DNA of 64,000 nt from Enoplolaimus lenunculus (lineage: Eukaryota), in contig JASANG010002092.1 in assembly GCA_030248215.1 (NCBI GenBank), forward strand, positions 496,001-560,000. Direction: 5' to 3'. The notes beneath the pieces were generated by a model. The model searched no databases, had not been told where the DNA came from, and saw nothing but the letters and a program-made list of their open reading frames with translations. A program made the translations under genes and the position numbers. Of this stretch, positions 38,525 through 49,552 are shown in pieces (the first letter of the stretch is position 1; each line of letters opens with the position of its first letter).

Positions 38525-39368
38525 ACTTTCCTCGAAGGACTGCGAATATACATGGTGTTCCCCCTGAATTTCTTCGATACATATTGCCACGCCGCGAATC
38601 GAACCTCGGACCTCTCGCTCGCGAGTCAAGCGCACTACCCATTGTGATAAGTTCGGTAGGGTAGGGTACGACAGTTTTCAGTTCTGAGTTCTCAGCAGCT
38701 GAAAATGAGAGACGCTCCCAGGAGATTTCGAACTCGGTCGACAGATTATCAGTCCAGCGCGCTATCCACTGAGCCACGCCGCCTCACTATCAATTGCTGA
38801 GTTTTTCTGTTTTTATGCCTTACAAGAACCTCAACATACACATGCATCTTAGTTCTTCAATGTCTTTACCGCTTCTGCATATGAAGGCACTACATATGTC
38901 TCAACGTTTCACCGATGTGCAGCATTAGCATGAGGATTTCATTTTGCCTCCATGCATACGCATGTCACACCCATTACACCACACAGCCGATATCATAATT
39001 TCCTCTGGTGCTATATGTGGGTGCTATATGTGCACGAGTATGTATGTGTCTTAGCATTGCACACTCTGCACATAACACCGCGTATACCCACATTCCCCCT
39101 TTAGGCGGTCGCCACGGATCGCGAATCCAAACTTCTCCGAATCCATGATCCTGCAAATTACAGCGCCCATTTCGGTGGGACCTCCAAGTCAGCACTGCAC
39201 GGTTGGGACGACCACTTTCCTCGAAGTACTGCGAATACACATGGTTTCCCCCCTAAATTTCTCCGAAACACATGGCAACGCCGGGAATCGAAAGTCGGAC
39301 CTCTCACTCGCGAGTCAAGCGCGCTACCCATTACACCACACGGCCGATATCATAATTTTCTACCCACA
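38525..39368 (-). mobile_element. TRIM with tRNA-like sequence in both LTRs (Helenus-like)
   Basis: Minus strand: 5' LTR ~39368-39187 (starts TGTGGGTA, internal deletion), PBS TGGAGGTCCCACCGAAAT at 39186-39169 (tRNA-Gln 3' end), PPT AAAGGGGGAA at 39102-39093, and 3' LTR 39092-~38525 (starts TGTGGGTA). Each LTR holds a ~72-nt tRNA-like segment with A and B boxes (39345-39274 in the 5' LTR). Confidence 0.8.
38643..38969 (-). mobile_element. tRNA-bearing solo LTR nested in the TRIM 3' LTR
   Basis: TGTGA...TCACA termini; exact TSD CCCAT (38638-38642 and 38970-38974); tRNA-like segment 38783-38711 (TGGCTCAGTGG A box, GAGTTCGAAATC B box). Confidence 0.82.
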
Positions 39369-39894
39369 GTTTCGACTATTACATACATAGCAAAATACAA
39401 CATGTGCTTCCCGTACGTATTTTTAAATTAGTAGGTAAAATTACTCCTGTATCATATGATGAGACATGCTTTTCTGGTGCATATGCAATGTATAAGGGTT
39501 CAATAGGAATTCCTCTCCCGGCCGGAATTAATGCAAAAATTCAATTCCTGTTCCTGTTCCTGCATTCAAAGATACAGGAACCAAAATTGTTACAGTTTTG
39601 TGGCAAATTCTTCATAATCACTTAAATACTGGAACCATTTCCTTTAAAACTTTATTAATTCGAAATGAGTGTTTGCAATTAGTTCAATTTTGTTAATAAA
39701 CTGTCTGTGATGTGTTTTCGCAAAATTTGATGATGAAATTGCTGAATTTTCGCTTAAGCCATTTTTCGACAAGTTTTCTAAAAACTCAACAGCAATTCGG
39801 TGACGAAAATTATTTCATATTTCGGTTACTGTTCATGTTCCGGTTCTTGCAAAGAGATTCAATTCCTGTTCCTGTTCCGGCAACATATATATGC

Positions 39895-40110
39895 AATGCA
39901 CATTGTATAGTATGCGTGCCGGCAGCATACGATTGAGATATAGTCGACGATAGAAGAAGTTGGGCAGTCGGGCTGCTTAGCGCAGTGGTAACAGCGTTTG
40001 CCTGGCACGTAGAAAATCACTAGTTAGCAACCACCTGCAACCCGCTTTTTCAGCTGCTTAGTTAAAAATGTCTGAAGTCCCGGTTCCTGCCTAGACTGAC
40101 AACTCCCGTT
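39895..40110 (+). mobile_element. Diverged copy of the 36521-36785 tRNA-bearing element
   Basis: Shares GGCAGCATACG.TTGA..ATATAGTCGACGA, TAGCGCA.T.GTA, TTTT(C)CAGCT.CT and AGACTGACA with the reverse complement of 36521-36785. Confidence 0.5.
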
Positions 40111-40346
40111 CAGGAATTTGCCTGGTTGCTTATGGATAGCGCACCGGTTGGGGACCCCACGCTGTTGGGATCTAGCGAATAACCAGATACTATTTTTATA
40201 GATAACATATCTTTATTACTTTACTATGATATGTTTTAAGCTCTAAATCACAAAGTGTAAGACCTATGAATTATAATATGGTTTCGTTCTGTTCTTGATA
40301 ATTGACTCACGTATTGAATTGTTAAATCGATCAATCCAGTTCCAAT

Positions 40347-43300
40347 ATGCCTCAAAGTGAGTTGGTGATTTTAGACATATGTTTAATATCAGGTTAACGT
40401 TGCCATGCACGATTAGTGCATAACTGCTTTTTCATCATGTTCTTTCGCAAATAAAGGATTCAATGAATTCCTTTGAATGTTGTATCGTAATTAAATGCAC
40501 ATCGGACAACAAGTAAGTCGTTTTGTATTCTTTGGTATTTCAAGCTAGCGTTAAGCTTGTGATTCTAGTCTGGTAACATAATATATACTCTTAGTAAATT
40601 TGTAATAATATTTACTGTTTTAGAAGCAACCCAAAAGGAAAAGAAGCGCCCTAAATTGGGTAAAAGCCTTGTGATGCCACCAACCCAAGGCCCTGAACCG
40701 TAAGAATTACATACGCATGTATATATATTTTTTACTTACAGTATTATATATATTTCGAGAGTTGCAACATTGAAAAATAAATACCCGTGCCCGGATTTTT
40801 CTAGAATAAAAACGCGGACCCGGAATTTGTAAGAATACAAACCCGGGCCCGGATTTGTTTGAAACATGTGCTGAAGTTTGAGCCTGAGCAATCTCTGGTT
40901 CAAAGTTACACGTTATACAATCGCCGAAAATAAACCAACGAAGGTAGATTGCGCTTCCGTGGATAACGAAAATCGAAAATACAGCATATAATGTGAATAC
41001 CTATCTTCAGCTGAGGGTTACCTCACCAATATTGCAAAAAAGTTAAAATGAATTTTTCGGCAGCATGCATTTTTCATTTTCCGTTTCCTGTAATTTTTTC
41101 AAATTTCGGTTCCATTTCCGGTAAATTGTAATTCCTGTGGCACACTGGTATATATCTATATATATATTAAAGCTGGAACACTCAACATATATATGTATCT
41201 TGGGCAGCGTTCCAACAGATTAACTGGCTTCTTCACAGCGGGGGGCCAGCACTTTTCGAAATTTTCATTTTTCCCCCGGCGAAAATTTTGCCGTCCCCCG
41301 GAAAGGCCCCCCGGCGAAGTTTCGGCCGCCCCCCAGCAAATTTTTTGCTGGGGGCCCCCAGGACTTTTCTAAGCAAAAAATTTTCAATGTTAAAACATAA
41401 AGACCTGGACTTTTTTGACGCGGACATTCGGCAAAGTGTGATTTTATTTTTACGCTGAGTACTCATAATTTTTTAATAGCGTTACAAATACCGGTAGTAA
41501 CTAGTACAATTCAATAATGAACTGAAAAAAGCACAATTATATAAAGACCGTTTCAAGTCATACAGCATTCGAAAGAACCTTGCAGCAACAAGTTCAATCC
41601 GCCTGAGCATTATGATAAACTGAAGCTGTGACTAATATATAAAATATATGTTAATCACAGTTTCAATTATAGATCATCTATATTTTGTATAATTGTGCTT
41701 CTTTCAACTTCTGGTAAAGTTGTCAGTAATATTAGTTAAAATTATTGTTATTAACGTTTGCGGGGAATTTTTGTCATGTTGAGCGAGAAGTAATCTTCAG
41801 TTGAGTTGGAAACACGATCTAGAATAACAAAATGGTCCAAAAAGTCGGCTTGCAAAATTTTAAGCCTGCCCCCAGGACCTCCAGATCATATGCCCCCCCA
41901 GGAAAATTGTCCCCCAGCAAAATTAGCTGCCCACCAGGAAACTCCTGGGGGCCCCAGGAAAGGCCCCCCGGCGGAAATTTTCAAGCTGTGGAGAAGCCAG
42001 ATTAAGGCAGTGTTCATTAAGAATACCTATCGTTAAAGATGTGTTACGTATATAATTGCAAAGACTACATGTTTTCAAAAAGCTGTTTTTAATTTAATTT
42101 GGTGTACTATACGGGCTCGAGCAATAATTTAGCCTAGGGCATGAGAAACCTCAGTCCGGTTGCACATGTGTGCAACTGCGTGTACTAGTATACATTATAT
42201 GCTCAATTTTACGTTCAGTTTTGAGTTTGATGTCTGGTTTATGATTGTATCTGGAAAAAACATCACCGTGCTTACGGAAATTTGTGCGGCATTAGAATTA
42301 TATTGGTTGTTTCAGTCAGCATTATTTATTAAGTTTAAGACATAATTTTTAAAGTATTTAAATTGTAAAATTATTGAGTAGCTGCTAAAATCCTTCATGT
42401 TTGTATTTAAAATGTGATTACCGCTTATATGAGTAGCTATAGGAAGCGATTGTGGCCAACCTGTTTGTTTTGTTTAAAATTAACCGTTTTATTTAGTGTT
42501 AAATATTTTCTGTAGTAGAAATGAAAGCGTATAGAGGATTTTATGGCATGTGTAAGGCAAATTCATTAACGATCGGGCTTAGATAAGACATTTTTAAACA
42601 ATTGCATTGTTGTTTTGAAGACCAGTTGACCTAGACAGTTGCACTCAAATCAAGTATAACGGACAAGAGTATACAATTACAACCGACGATTTAGTGCGTG
42701 TTAAGGAGTTGGGACGCGGAGCCTATGGCGTGGTGGAAACAATGCGACATTCACCATCAGGGTTGGAAATGGCTGTAAAAGTCAGTGTTTACATTCAGCA
42801 TATTTTTAAAATAGAATATACAGTGTTGGGGGATAGTGTAGTTTTGGTTTTACCTCGAGGAAAATCACACATTGCACACAGTTTTATTTAAGATATACGT
42901 AATGCAGGAGGTTTTAGTGAGCTTCGGTTTGCTAACTATGCGATTTAAGCGTTTGTAGATCACTTCAATAGAAAGGATTTACTATTCAGTACTTTTGCAG
43001 CCAATTGTGAAATTGTAAGTGCTTACTTTATTTAAAAGTTTTAATATGATTTATCTAACTGAAGGATCCTGTTTACTTCAAACTTTAAGCGGAATTGGAA
43101 GATTAATATAGTTCGAGTTAGATATATAAGGTTAGTAAAATTTATTCGGAGGTACGTCAGAAAACTACCTAAATGTTGAGTATACATGTGTTTTTAAACG
43201 GGTGGAACTAACGGTCCTTTAACCACGTGTGATTCTTACAATCTGTGTCGTATATATTTCAGCGAATACACAATATATCATTGAATGAAACGGAGCGCAA

Positions 43301-46300
43301 ACGAATGCGAAATGAAATAAAAGCAAGCAAGGAAAGCTTTCGATGCGCGTATATGGTTTTGTTTTACGGTGCCATGATTCGCGAGGTTAGGAACTGTTCT
43401 CATTGCTTGGAAAAAAGTGTAAAGCGTGTCTTGTTAATGACTTCTTATTTCCTCTTTATATGACTTATAGAGTACTGCAGGCTGAAAACGAATTTAGCGT
43501 TGTTATACACACTAATTTTTAACGAAGTTGATCTTTCAGGTATAGGTTCTTGGTTAGATAAATATTGTTTCTCCTGAAAAGGATAACTGACTAACATTAT
43601 ATAATTCGAATTACTTTGCCGCAGAGAACTATTCAGCAGTTATGCTTCTTATTTTGTGTTTGTTTTTTTAAACAGCAAAAATTAAATAGAATCAAAAAAG
43701 AATTCTTCAGGGAGATGTGTGGATTTGCATGGAAGTCATGGACACTTCGCTGGATAAGCTTCTCAATATGGCATCTGACATAGGGGCTCGTTTTCAAGAA
43801 AACATTCTAAGCAAAATTGCATACTCCGTAAGTCGAAAGCCGAATTTTATATTTGCGCATGAAATATTGTATGTGAAGCAGAAAAACAACGCTTAATATG
43901 TTGGATTATGTCCTGCATTTTGAAAATGTTTTGGTTTGTGCCAAATAAATAGGTTCTTTTCTTGAGGTTGTTTTTCGTACACATTTTGTCTTTGATTAAG
44001 TTGCTAGCGAATCGACACTATGTATTAATCGACCACGAATGCTAATATTGTCAGGTTGTTTTAAACTTTTTTCAGATACTGAACGCTTTGCAATTCATGA
44101 AAGAGGAACTTAACCTGATGCATCGAGATGTTAAACCAAGTAACATGCTGATTAACCGCAAAGGTGAAATTAAAATCTGTGATTTCGGGATCTCGGGTCA
44201 TTTGACGAACAGTGTTGCGAAAACATTAACCGCTGGGTGCAAACCGTATATGGCGGTAAGGTTTAAAGAAATGAATTTTAGTTTCTATAAGTTGACAGCC
44301 AAAACAATACGAGTACGGTTTGTGTTGTTATTTTTAGCTTCAAATTTTGGCATAGTTTGCGCAGGGTCACATAATTACATTAAAATGCTTTCCAGTTTAA
44401 TAATTGCGTTGAAAAGTATAATTTCTTAATTAAACGACTGAGTATTGAATTTCACCAAACATATGCTCTTAAACGCATGTTATCTATCACCCTAGTTTAT
44501 GACATACTACGACACACACCGGAAGGTATTGACTGTTAAACATGTAATATTTTCAGTGTGTTTATAAGTTGATATACTGCTGATTGGTATGTCTTTCAGC
44601 CTGAAAGAATTAGTCCTGAAACTTTTGGTGATATTGCTCAGCGCGGGTTTGACATACGGTCAGACGTTTGGAGCATTGGCATTACAATGGTACGTATAGG
44701 AACAAGCATACTATTATTGATAGCATTGTGTGAAGATTATGCAGTAGTAACCAAAGTACATACATGACTGTTCCATTGCTACTTCAAATAACTAGTCAAT
44801 GCAAGTAAAAGTGTAATTCTTAATTTAAAATATCAGTGCTTAATGAATCTTTTTACTTTTGTCATCATGTAATTTTGTTGCAGATCGAGCTTGCGACTGG
44901 CAAACACCCGTACTCGCGATGGAACACACCGTTTGAGCAATTGAAACAAGTGGTTGACAGTGATCCGCCATCACTGCCTGCGAACGAATTTTCACCGCAA
45001 TTCAACAATTTTGTTAATGAATGGTAAGGCATTATATCTAATTGCTGTTGAAGTATGGACCGGCATTCTTTGTGTGTAGAATCTATCATTAGTTATTTAC
45101 GTATATTTTTCAATATTACATTATCCTACAGTGGTTGTGGATCGCAAAATTTGCACAGAAGTAGGCGCTGAATTTCGAAGATCGCTATTTACCAGGGTGT
45201 AAACGGATAGTAAAAGTAACGGAGATGGAAATGGATCGTGTTCTGAATAACGGAAACATGAAATGGATATTGAGGTATAAAAGTTTCAAAAATGATTTTA
45301 TTTCTCTGCCACTACAGTTGAGGCATGCAAATATTCACCGGGCTTTGTGAAATTTTAAAGAAAAATAACGGATTCACATAAATTTTTTAAGTTTTAGATG
45401 AATTTCGTAGTTTTCACTTCATATCGCACATTTGCAGGATATATGTAATAGAAAATTTCTACATATGCGTACGTGATTTATACCTAATTTTGGGCATAAA
45501 ATATCAGAATTTTTATTTCTATAACGGAAATTGACACCGATTCTTACCGGAAATAGAAACAAATATCCGGTGACACCATGCTATTTACTGATTGGAAATT
45601 ACAGAACCTAACGCATCTGGTAATATATATGCTACATACTTTTGAAATAATTCTAAAATAATTCTAATAAGTCCAAATTTACGCTTAACTAATTAAGTTA
45701 ATATGCAAATTAACTATTATCTAACTATTCAATTATCAGTCTTGGATGTTTATAAACAATTTGTTTAGATTTCTCAATCCCAAAAACCCTTTAGTACGGA
45801 ATTTGATTGCGTGTAACCCTAACAATCAGTGAAATATAACAAAATCCTAATTTTAGCATAACTAATTAAGCTAATATGCAAATTAGCTATTTGCTAACTA
45901 TTTAATTATCGGACTTGACGGTTTATAGACAATTTATTCCCATTACTGGCACCCAAAAAGCTTTCAGTAACCCTTATAATCAGTGAAATACTTTAAAAAG
46001 TCCTAATTAAGGCTTAACTAATTAAGTTAATATGCAAATTAGCTGTTAGCTAACTATTAAATTATGGTTTTGTAGGTTTGTAAACAATTTATTCAGATTT
46101 GTCGCACTCGAGAACTGTTTAGTACTCAATTTGATTCTTGTAACCATAATAATAAGTTAAAAAGTCCTAATTTAGGCCTAGCTAATTAAGCTAACATGCA
46201 AATATGCTATTAGCTAACTATTCAGTTATCGCTTTTGGAGGTTTATACACATTTTATTCTGATTTCACGTCCCAGAAACCCTTTGGTGCTGAAATGAGGC

Positions 46301-48428
46301 TGCTTGTAACTCAAATAATTAGTGAAATACAGCAAAGCCTATAGGCTTAAACAATAATTGTGGAACTTAGCCTGTAGCTAATAAACGGCCTAAAGTTTGA
46401 AAACCCCTATGCGAGGTTAGCACCCAGGATGAAAAGATTTCAAACAAAAAAGTTTATCAAAATCAGTTAAGCGGTTTCTGGGATTCTTTTCGGGCGTATG
46501 GACGAAAGGGTTCAAAACAGTCAATGTTTTATGTTTTAGCTTAGTCAAACATTATCAAGATCGACCTAAGTTCACAGACTTGCTTGAGTTTGATTTCGTA
46601 GTATCGGCAAAGGGCTCTGACAATACTGAAGTCGCAGAGTTTGCCAGCTTCATTTTGGACAAATATAACGAAAGACAGGTACTTATTAGCGAAAGCGCAA
46701 ACTTTCGTGTCTAAGTCACAAAATTTATCAAACGTTTTGTGATAGGTATAGGCCTGCTGATGTGCCCAGGCAACAATTTTGGGCCTACTCGTGATACGAA
46801 CTCTTTTGTTGCATAATGTTGTTTTTTTTTGGATCGTGCACGTTTGGCACTTGTAACATGGTGTATCAAGATTAACTAGTGTTAGTCTAATATATTATTA
46901 GCATCGGTTGAAATGTCAGTTGTTTTCAATGAACGCCGCATGGAGCAGATTGCAGGGTGCGACCGGATATTAATTTACCCGATACCGGAATCGGATACGG
47001 ATATTGAACTTTTTACCGGAACAGGAACCGAATACCGGCGTCAAGGTTTTCGTCTATTATAGAGTTCATAATTACTGCTGATAAACTGAAATTTTTTAAT
47101 GCAAAAATGCGTTTAACTCTCGTTCGCGTACATAGTTAAAAGTAGCTGAAAATTATCAAAACTGGAACTTCTATTTTAATGACGCTCACTTGCAGAAAGC
47201 TGTTTTATGATACTCGGCACCTCGACCGTAAATATCCGGTATCCGGTAGGGTTATACCGGATAAATAAACCGGATACGGATATAGTTTTTGTCTTATATT
47301 AAACCGGAATCGGATATCCGGCCGCAACATGGCGGATTGCGGACAATTAAGTTCCTATAAGTAGTGTTTATTGTTGTTTTAGAGTGACATTGCGAAAAAA
47401 GTAGAACAGTTCCAGCTTCAACGCGGTTTGTCAAATTTGTCCCTTGAGCGCGTTGGTGGCAGAGGTGACGGCAATTCGTCGCCTTCCTCGTCGACTCCGG
47501 TCCATTTACGGTCGCACCGGTCCGGATCCACCACTCCGGTTACTGATAATGAACCAGGTTGGCTCAACAAGCATATTATTACTAGCCATGATTCCAGCGC
47601 AAGAGATTTTCCAGCCGAAATTCGTTCAGAATAACGATTTCTGTTCTTGTTCTGACATTTAAAGACGCAAGCATATGAATTTTTCCAATTTCGGGATAAA
47701 TATTATAAGTTACTTAACAGAGGTGAACATGGTGTCCGGTAATAAACCTACCGATGCTGGATATTTGTGGTTGTGGTTCCAAAAACAACAAAACGCTAGG
47801 CATTTTGCTGCGACTGCATTTGTTGGTAAGTCAAGAAGCTTAGGTTTTTGTCGCTGAAGTAAAATATATATAAGCTAAAATTGATTTCAATTTAGTAAGA
47901 AATATCTTTGCGCGATTTTATACTATCTACAATGCATTAAGTTTACATGTTATATCCGGTTAGAATCTTGTGCCGTCAAAAAATTACCACCCGGCTTTGT
48001 TCTCGATAGCCAGTAAAATTAAGATCTGGTCTATCCCTTGGTACTAGCGTTAATATAAAATTAACTTATCAGAATATTTTATTGTATGGCCATGTTTTTG
48101 TTCCTGTTTACGATGAAATGCAGTTTCTGTTGGAACCTTGGGTATATGTATAGATCAGGACCGTAACAGAAGCATAAGCAAGATTGATTTCAATGTTTCG
48201 ACGTCGTGTAATTTTGCAGGCAAGGATGAAATTGATGGTGGAGGTACCGTTAACCAACCTGAACGCCGAGATATTTCAACGGAGCACGGTGTCCGAACGA
48301 CTGCGGCACCATTTGGAGGCGATTGCAGCTCAAGCGTTTCCGGTTGTTCTTCAGCTGATAGTACGTCTATGATGTCATCTAAGGCTCCTAATTTTAACCA
48401 AACTGAAAATGACTGCAAAAATTTATAG
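40347..48428 (+). CDS. sek-1: MAP kinase kinase of the MKK3/MKK6 (SEK-1) group
   Basis: Exons: 40347-40356 (tentative first), 40624-40699, 42621-42780, 43263-43385, 43711-43827, 44076-44255, 44600-44689, 44884-45023, 46540-46678, 47383-47557 (or read-through to stop at 47634), 48220-48428. GT-AG and phase-compatible. Motifs: docking-like KKRPKLGKSL, LGRGAYGVV, MAVK, GDVWICMEVMDTSLDK, HRDVKPSN, DFGISGHLTNSVAKT (SxAKT loop), GCKPYMAPERI, HPYSRWNTPFEQLKQVV. The kinase exons are secure; the first and last exons are less so. Confidence 0.93.
41224..42000 (+). mobile_element. ~780-bp MITE with CTGGCTTCTCCACAGC TIRs and G/C-run subtermini
   Basis: TIRs at both ends, flanked by ATTAA/ATTAA; inverted copy at 57772-58563. 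Confidence 0.85.
45193..45580. mobile_element. hAT-like MITE (CAGGGTG family)
   Basis: Exact 8-bp TSD CTATTTAC; CCGGA-rich subterminal repeats. Confidence 0.8.
45670..46520 (-). mobile_element. HINE-like element in a sek-1 intron
   Basis: Same ATGCAAATTAGC tandem units and core as 26780-27502, more diverged. Confidence 0.65.
46953..47331. mobile_element. hAT-like MITE (CAGGGTG family)
   Basis: CAGGGTGCGACCGGATAT...ATATCCGGCCGCAACATG; TSD GCAGATTG/GCGGATTG. Confidence 0.75.
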
Positions 48429-49552
48429 ATGAACATTGCTTCAAGTTCGCCATATTCAGCAACCTGTATGACAACGAGTTCTCGAAAGCGAAAATACATC
48501 GAAGCAGCAATAAGTTTAAAAACTTCTTTTCGTAGATAGTAATGAAATTAAAATTTATTTTTCAATTTAAGCTTTCGTTAGGATAATTATGCAAAGATTT
48601 AATTCGAAAGCTGAATGGTATTTTATTTTCAATACTTTATTTTTCAGGATTGTTAAAATAAGTATTAAGATGTATGGTCTTTGTTCGTTTTTGCAATAGT
48701 TCTGTTCTATGTTCAAACGTGTACATGGCTAATTTTGTGCTATGGTTAGTTTTTTATTTTTGCATATTGTAATATACTACACGTACATATATTTAATGAA
48801 GTTTGTTGTATTTTGCGTCTTGCATTTGATTTTATGTACATTTTTAAATTTCCAGGCAAACTTTTAAAAGTTTGACGTACGGTTTGATTCTAAAATGTAG
48901 CTGTTTTTTGCAAATAAATGTCAATGTTAAGAATTTAGCAGATCAAGTATGTGATCATGTTGTGTCCTGAACTCCTGAAATATATAACCTGTATGCACCA
49001 GTTAGCAACTATGCCGTCTTAAATTACGAATTGTTCTCGAAAGCTAAAGCTGTATCCGAAGAGCAAACACTGTATTACTCCGCGTATGGTCGAGGGCCGA
49101 GCGGTTTTTCCGCGGACAGCAAAAAAATACGCTTTACTGTTACGGTCCTCAGCCATATATCGGCCACTGTGTCGTATTGAAGGGTGTAACAATAAAACAT
49201 TTTGTTGTTGCAATTACGTTTGTTTAAAGTTTTATCGGAAACAACAATTAGCGTTTGGGGCAGCCCAGCTGTACAGTGAACAAGTACGTATTCGGGTAGG
49301 TACGATATGGTTGAACTTTAAAAACTTATGCAAAAGCATTTAAATTATGTCGAGTTCTTAGAACTGTTAAATAAAGTTTGTAATATTATTTTTAGACATG
49401 CTGTGGCGAATAATTTACATGTGGTTATTGTAATAAATCTGCACTTCTTTAGCTCTTTCGAGCTGTACAGGTTAGGGTGCAATCGCAGGTGAAAAATACC
49501 GGTGCCAGAAGTCAACAAAATTTGCCGGAACCGGAGTTAAATTTTCTGTTAA

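Noticed and set aside
38711..38783. Functional tRNA genes (also 39274-39345, ~36600-36680, ~51550-51615)
   Set aside because: Acceptor, anticodon and T stems are mismatched and all lie inside mobile elements; treated as tRNA-derived.
40495..40512. Alternative first coding exon of sek-1 (ATGCACATCGGACAACAA|GTAAGT)
   Set aside because: Its phase-0 donor is out of frame with the phase-1 acceptor at 40624.
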